Source: Balanoglossus misakiensis
Lineage: Eukaryota; Animalia; Hemichordata
NCBI GenBank assembly: GCA_040954595.2
Contig: CM082587.2
Location: 9,305,403 to 9,369,402, forward strand
Direction of reading: 5' to 3'
Length of the DNA: 64,000 nucleotides
The position numbers were made by a program, and so were the translations under genes. Under the pieces are notes generated by a model. That model was not told where the DNA came from, ran no database searches, and saw only the letters and a list, made by a program, of their open reading frames with translations. Positions 58,819 through 64,000 of this stretch are shown in pieces. Each line of letters begins with the position of its first letter. Position 1 is the stretch's first letter.

Positions 58819-59590
58819 GACCTTATTTGAGATGGCCGGAATGGATGACCTGGATGACAAACTTGAATTAGCCTTCACAATTTCAAAATCAACATACCAA
58901 ATATGCAAAAATACACAGATTATCAATCCTATTCACAATTATATTATATTATATACACTTTACTGGTAGACTGTGTCTCTCTGTGTGAATGATGTAGTGG
59001 ATATTCTAGAACCATCTCATAGTCAGAACATGTCCAACACTTGGTGGTCTGATTTCTTCATTATTGTAGTGCCATACTACCATGTTTTCTCAAGTAATAC
59101 AATTCAACTGTGTTAGCATTTTTTGATTTGTCATAATCCACTAATCTTACACAAAAAAGTGAACAAACAGTGAGAATAGTTAAGATTTTCACATCATGAA
59201 AGCTGATGTAAAATACAAATGTACTGTAAAATGGGACATGTTCCCAAACTTGAAAGAGCCAAATGCATGTCAGGAAAGAACAATGTGTACAATAGAATGT
59301 TATTCGTGGGTAAAGAGATAGTGACAATTTATTGTCGCGGAACAGTCGCCTCTGTTGATATCACGAAAATTTCCCGTTTTACTGTGAATGTCTATTATGT
59401 GAATGTGCAAAGGAAGCATGAATGCAATATGACAGTACTTGAAGTGTCCCTGGTAAAATAGGTAAGAACAGAAAGTAATTGGAAAGATGAAGCTGGGAAT
59501 ATCAGGCTTCCCTGTGTCAGTATTTCTGATTTCTGTAGATGCAGTTATTAACATTCAGGTTTGTCACATCATAGATGCTGTGCGGCTTTA

Positions 59591-59930
59591 AGGGACCAAG
59601 TCTCTCTCTCTCTCTCACTGCCTTTTTTCCATTAATTATGTTGGATACAAGACACTGTTTATGTTAATGTACATGTGTATATGTAGTGACTGAACGTTCA
59701 GCCACACACAACTTCCATACCGCTTGTATGATATGAGAGTAAAAAACTCGCCCAAAATGAATAAACGGTAAAGACCGATTATTCATTTTGGCAATTTTTG
59801 TTATCACTCTCGTGTCTACAAGCAAGATGGAAGGTGTGTGAGATTGAATGTTGATTTACTGTATATTTAACAGTGTCTTGTGTCAAACATAATTAATGGA
59901 AAGGGGCAATGAGAGAGATTCTTTTTCCTT
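59591..59930. mobile_element. MITE family A copy downstream of the NUP214 stop
   Basis: Aligns with 42717-43063 and 25162-25456. Confidence 0.85.
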
Positions 59931-60689
59931 TTAAATCTGGCCAAGAGGTAATAAAGTAATTTTGAATTGCTACTTACCACTGCTCATAATTCCACTTCAT
60001 CAATGGTCATATTCTCAGTTATTAAACATAGTGATACAATAGCACAATTTTGCTCAAATAAAGGTTTGGAAGATTTGTATTTCAAAGTTTGTCATTTGCA
60101 TCCTTTGTATAGTGTCATTTCGAGGAAACGAACGTCTTCGAAAAATATAGCGTAAAAAATTTGAAACTTCCATAACCAATTAGAGTAATGTGATAAAAGT
60201 TTAGATAAATACAGATTTCCACCATCTTGATTTGAAGGTATAAGGTATAATAGCATGTTTTGATATTAAGTACCTGTAGCTCTCTGAGATTTGTTATATT
60301 AATTCATTTGTCAGCACTCAGTACCACTGTTATATTTGCTTCCGAGATTCCTGCCTTGTCAGGGATGTGTGTATTCAGACTGATTTGTTTATTTGATATG
60401 TGCCGGTTTACTCATGATAGTTGTTGAGGAAATATGAAGTCTCATTTGATCAGAATTGGTTCATACAAGTTTGAGATATACCTGTACTGTGTCAGTCGTG
60501 TTTGCTCAATCCCCAGTGATGTTGCAAGTTAATGGGGGTGTTCTTAAGAATGATGATGAAATTAAATCATAATCAAATTAACATTGATATTTTGTATATT
60601 TGTCTTTCTCAAAAATATCCATCTCAAAAAGATACATTGTCAACTTTGAAAAAGAAGTTACTTTTTGCCCTCAAACTCAATTGACAAAG

Positions 60690-61240
60690 GGAGAAATGCC
60701 CGCTCGACAGACAACACTACCTTAGACACGTACGTTGGGCTGAGAACGACTTCAAGACAAGATACAGAAACCACACTTCATCATTACGACTTGCACACTC
60801 CAGGAACTCCACCGATTTCATGAAAAACCTTAGCCAAAGCCAAGCGAAGCCCTGTGACACTCCTACCAAACGGTGCAACCTCTGCTAACAGATAAATTTA
60901 TTATCATCCGCAACCCAGAACTTTCCACACTCAATAAAAGAAACAAACTTCTGTCCTCATGACGACAAAGACACTAAGTGTTGCTATGCAACAATTAAAT
61001 CTAGACACTTTCCACACAACCCACTTTTCTCCCTGTACTTTCATATCAGCAGCCACACAATGTTATGCAAAACTGCCCATCCCAACCAACATTCCACCAC
61101 CTGTGTACCTGCATAGAACCATGTCTTCCCCTTTGCATTTTGCCAGTTTAGTCTCCTGATGAGCGAGTCCAGTGACTCACGAAACAACGTTGAGAATACA
61201 TGTGTACCACCTTTCGTTTCTTCAGCTACCCTTACTTTAT
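60690..61240 (+). mobile_element. Decayed Penelope-like element: GIY-YIG endonuclease C-terminus plus 3' terminal repeat region
   Basis: Broken frames give EKCPLD, YVGL, ENDFKTRYRNHTSSLR, AKPCDTPTKRCNLC and LSTLNKRNKLLSS*RQRH*VLLCNN*, matching the PLE C-terminal pattern as I know it. Confidence 0.75.
61152..61195 (+). ncRNA. Minimal type I hammerhead ribozyme (PLE-associated)
   Basis: TCTC-CTGATGA-GCGAGTC-CAGT-GACTCAC-GAAAC-AAC-GTT-GAGA: both core boxes, stem II 6/7 bp, stem I TCTC/GAGA and a GUU cleavage triplet. Confidence 0.7.
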
Positions 61241-61277
61241 ATTCCGCTCTACTGCGCTTTGTATCGGACCACATATT

Positions 61278-61343
61278 TCACATACATACATACATATGAT
61301 ACATACATACATAAATACATACATACATACATACATACATACA
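61278..61343. repeat. (TACA)n microsatellite
   Basis: Visible run. Confidence 0.85.
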
Positions 61344-61610
61344 TCATTAAAAAACATTCACAGCAAATAAAAAATGGAATAATTTTGATCGTTTTACTTT
61401 CATGTTCCAATGTCCTTGTAGGCCAATATCCTACCATATAAATAAAAAAAGACAGTAAAAATGCAAGAAGTCCTGTATAAAAGAGAAGTGTAATGTATCA
61501 TACAACTTTCAAAATAAAAATCACAAGTATTGCGATGCACCGTATATATAGAGATAACCAGGTCTTCATTATATCTTCAGCTTCTGTTTTGGTTAATTTC
61601 AAAAGCAATG

Positions 61611-63376
61611 TCATTCTTTCCGAGTTCCATTCAGAAATGGTTTGTACTTTGGAGGTACAACTAGAACAGAAGGGCCACTGGTGGGATACCACACAAGTTT
61701 TTGTGCTTCATTTGCATTGGGAGGATGGAAAGCCTCCTCAGGTAGTTGGGTCTCTGTGTTCTTCAACACAATGGGTTGTTGTTGTTCTAAGGGACCAATC
61801 AGCTCTGCTCTTTTGCCCAGTGTTCGGTTTGGATACACAGCAATATCCAGCTGCATCCTCCAGCGTATGGTTTTCAACACAACAGTTCTCTTTGTTGTTC
61901 TATTCATTGCAACAAGCCAAACAGTGAAACTTTGACTGCGAGTCACCTGGGTCAGTTTGGCATTATTCGTGTTTTTCACTGGGAGATCCCACGTTATGCT
62001 CGGGTGGAAATTGTCATTCATACGTATATATAGATCTGAATATCGCGATGTTGGCCCTTCAATAGTGGCAACTTCTGTAGTAGCACCATACCACGGGTAA
62101 TTCTTGCCATCAGAGTCACTCACACACTGATTGCCCTTCTTCATCTCCAAAGCAGGAATCTCCCAGCATGCACTAGAAACAAACAAAAGACAAATTACAT
62201 AATAGGATTTACATTCACTACAATAGACAATGAAAGTAGCACAATTGTACTCTGATTTCTTAAGTTCTCTGATTTCTACATATCAAATAACTGAAGTGAA
62301 CCACTAAAAAACATTGTTCATTCTTTTATCCATGATCAGGACAATGCAAGCTAATGCCATTAATATATAAATCATAACATGGGCACAAGAATTTTAACCA
62401 AATCTTTATAGATGTATATCTCACAATGCCAATGGCACGAGATGACAATTGACATTTAAAATTAAGTGACACCAGAAACAAAAAAGTAAAAGGAGGTTGT
62501 ATTTTCGGGAAAATATATAGGTCTCCAGTTTCCACAGCAATTTAATGTGAAGACTAACAAAAACAAGATAGCATGCACATCAATTTATCATATTGTTGGT
62601 TGGATCTCTCAATGGAGGTTGCTCTGCGTGACAGGGTTGTGTATCTTATGGCGATGCCTCCACGGCTCCATTATACAGAATAGCTAGCTCTGCCACACAG
62701 AGCCAGATAGCGAGGACAGGGTAAAACCTCGAACTCAGGCTGTAAGACTGCGGCAAACGTCATACTCAAAGCTACGTCGTTTTTAAGTTGACGTAAATAT
62801 TGGCAGTGCTACTTGTTGAATTATGTTTATATTTAAACTGTCACGTCGTAACAACACATCCCAGTATACATGAATAATTAATTCCATATGATTTATCCAC
62901 GCGTTCCTATTTATTTTAACGATTGTACGCTGTATATAGCGGTATATTCATAATGGACAGCGTTCACACCTCCCAAATACCCCATGGCCCCAATCTGTCA
63001 GGTGTTTGTTATACCGGTGTTTTCATTGTACTGACTAGGTAAACATAGTCAGGAATTTCTGTCCTTCACGTCTTCAGCCAGGTTGATTAAAAAGACGAAA
63101 ACATACTTACTAGCCATAATCACCGTAACTGTTCTTAAACTCCATATGTGTACAGACTTGGACCCAACCAACTTGCCATTCTTCACTGCATCGTAGTGGT
63201 GGGAAGCGAATTTTGGCAGAAGCACGGAAGTATGGAGTTTTATACCTGAGCACTGTCGGCGAGTTCTCGTCCAGTGTTGTCGGCGTTCGATCGATAGCAA
63301 CGTTTAGTTCATATACTTGAATGGCATTTTCCCAAGCAGTCGTTTTCCGCCTTCTCTTCGCCAAAACACAGCCCAT
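61611..63376 (-). CDS. FAM78A: FAM78 family protein, 2 coding exons, ~275 aa
   Basis: Exons 63376-63111 (donor GTAAGT) and 62172-61611 sum to 828 nt. Motifs: MGC start, LRYKTPYFRASAK, WQVGWVQVC..MEFKNSYG, SDSDGKNYPWYG, MNDNFHPSITWDLP and PPNANEAQKLVWYP. A vs B orthology cannot be resolved here. An acceptor near 63418 suggests an upstream non-coding exon. Confidence 0.88.
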
Positions 63377-63833
63377 GGTATGGTGGTACGTTTTACCAAG
63401 GAGGTTGTCTGGTATGGCTGCAAGTTGGGAGAGAAGTGACGGGAAACAGAAGGTGTCAATGAAATCTGCCACATACAACAGCATAGTAACAAGCGGCCAT
63501 TTCCCCACTCACATCACAACAGTTGTCAGTCCGCTCCACGTCACGCTGAAGTAAAGTGGGTCGTCTGCTGTTCGCAAAAATAACTGAAAATGAAACGCCC
63601 GATGGTTGCCTTGTTTGCTTAATTACTGTTTCCCTATCGTTGTGGGTTGTGGCTGTATGCAATATTCCCCTCGGCATTAAGTGCATTGTGATGGAAATTA
63701 CATCTTTATGACCGTCGCCCTCATCATTGACTGTGATTGCATTGACGTGTCGGCGTTGAATCAGCTAAGCATTCTGGGAAAATGGTTGCCGCCCATGTGT
63801 AACGTAATGTAAAATGCTGCAGCGTTGCAAAGT

Positions 63834-63876
63834 ATCTATCTATCTATCTGTCTGTCTATATGTCTGTCTGTCTGTC

Positions 63877-63949
<73 letters not shown>

Positions 63950-63975
63950 TTGTCTGTTTCTCTGTCTGTCTATCT
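63834..63975. repeat. (TATC)n/(TCTG)n/(CT)n compound microsatellite
   Basis: Visible runs, with the long CT tract at ~63882-63947. Confidence 0.9.
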
Positions 63976-64000
63976 GCCGGGCCATGTTGCTTGCACACAA

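Noticed and set aside
63377-63508. Longer FAM78 N-terminus from the ORF track
   Set aside because: It crosses a polypyrimidine-CAG acceptor near 63418, and the family-typical MGC start is at 63376.

Overview
This is AT-rich, intron-rich animal genomic DNA; an invertebrate source is my inference from intron sizes and the repeat spectrum. I reconstructed four spliced genes by hand: the 3' part of ARHGAP39 (MyTH4+RhoGAP, +), a complete 13-exon glycogen branching enzyme GBE1 (+), a complete 32-exon nucleoporin NUP214 (+) and a 2-coding-exon FAM78 gene (-) lying tail-to-tail with NUP214. Non-canonical splicing is concentrated here: a U12 AT-AC intron in ARHGAP39, a U12 GT-AG intron in GBE1 and two GC-AG introns in NUP214. 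Introns carry many TTAA-, TA- and TTA-flanked MITEs. The last GBE1 intron holds a MITE>MITE>LINE triple nest, in which the 5'-truncated RT ORF has acquired an in-frame ATG from the host MITE. A 1.16-kb Kolobok-like derivative sits in GBE1 intron 6. A decayed Penelope-like GIY-YIG fragment followed by a recognisable hammerhead ribozyme core lies between NUP214 and FAM78. Most short ORFs in the supplied track are exon fragments or noise. All calls come from reading the sequence; no searches were run.
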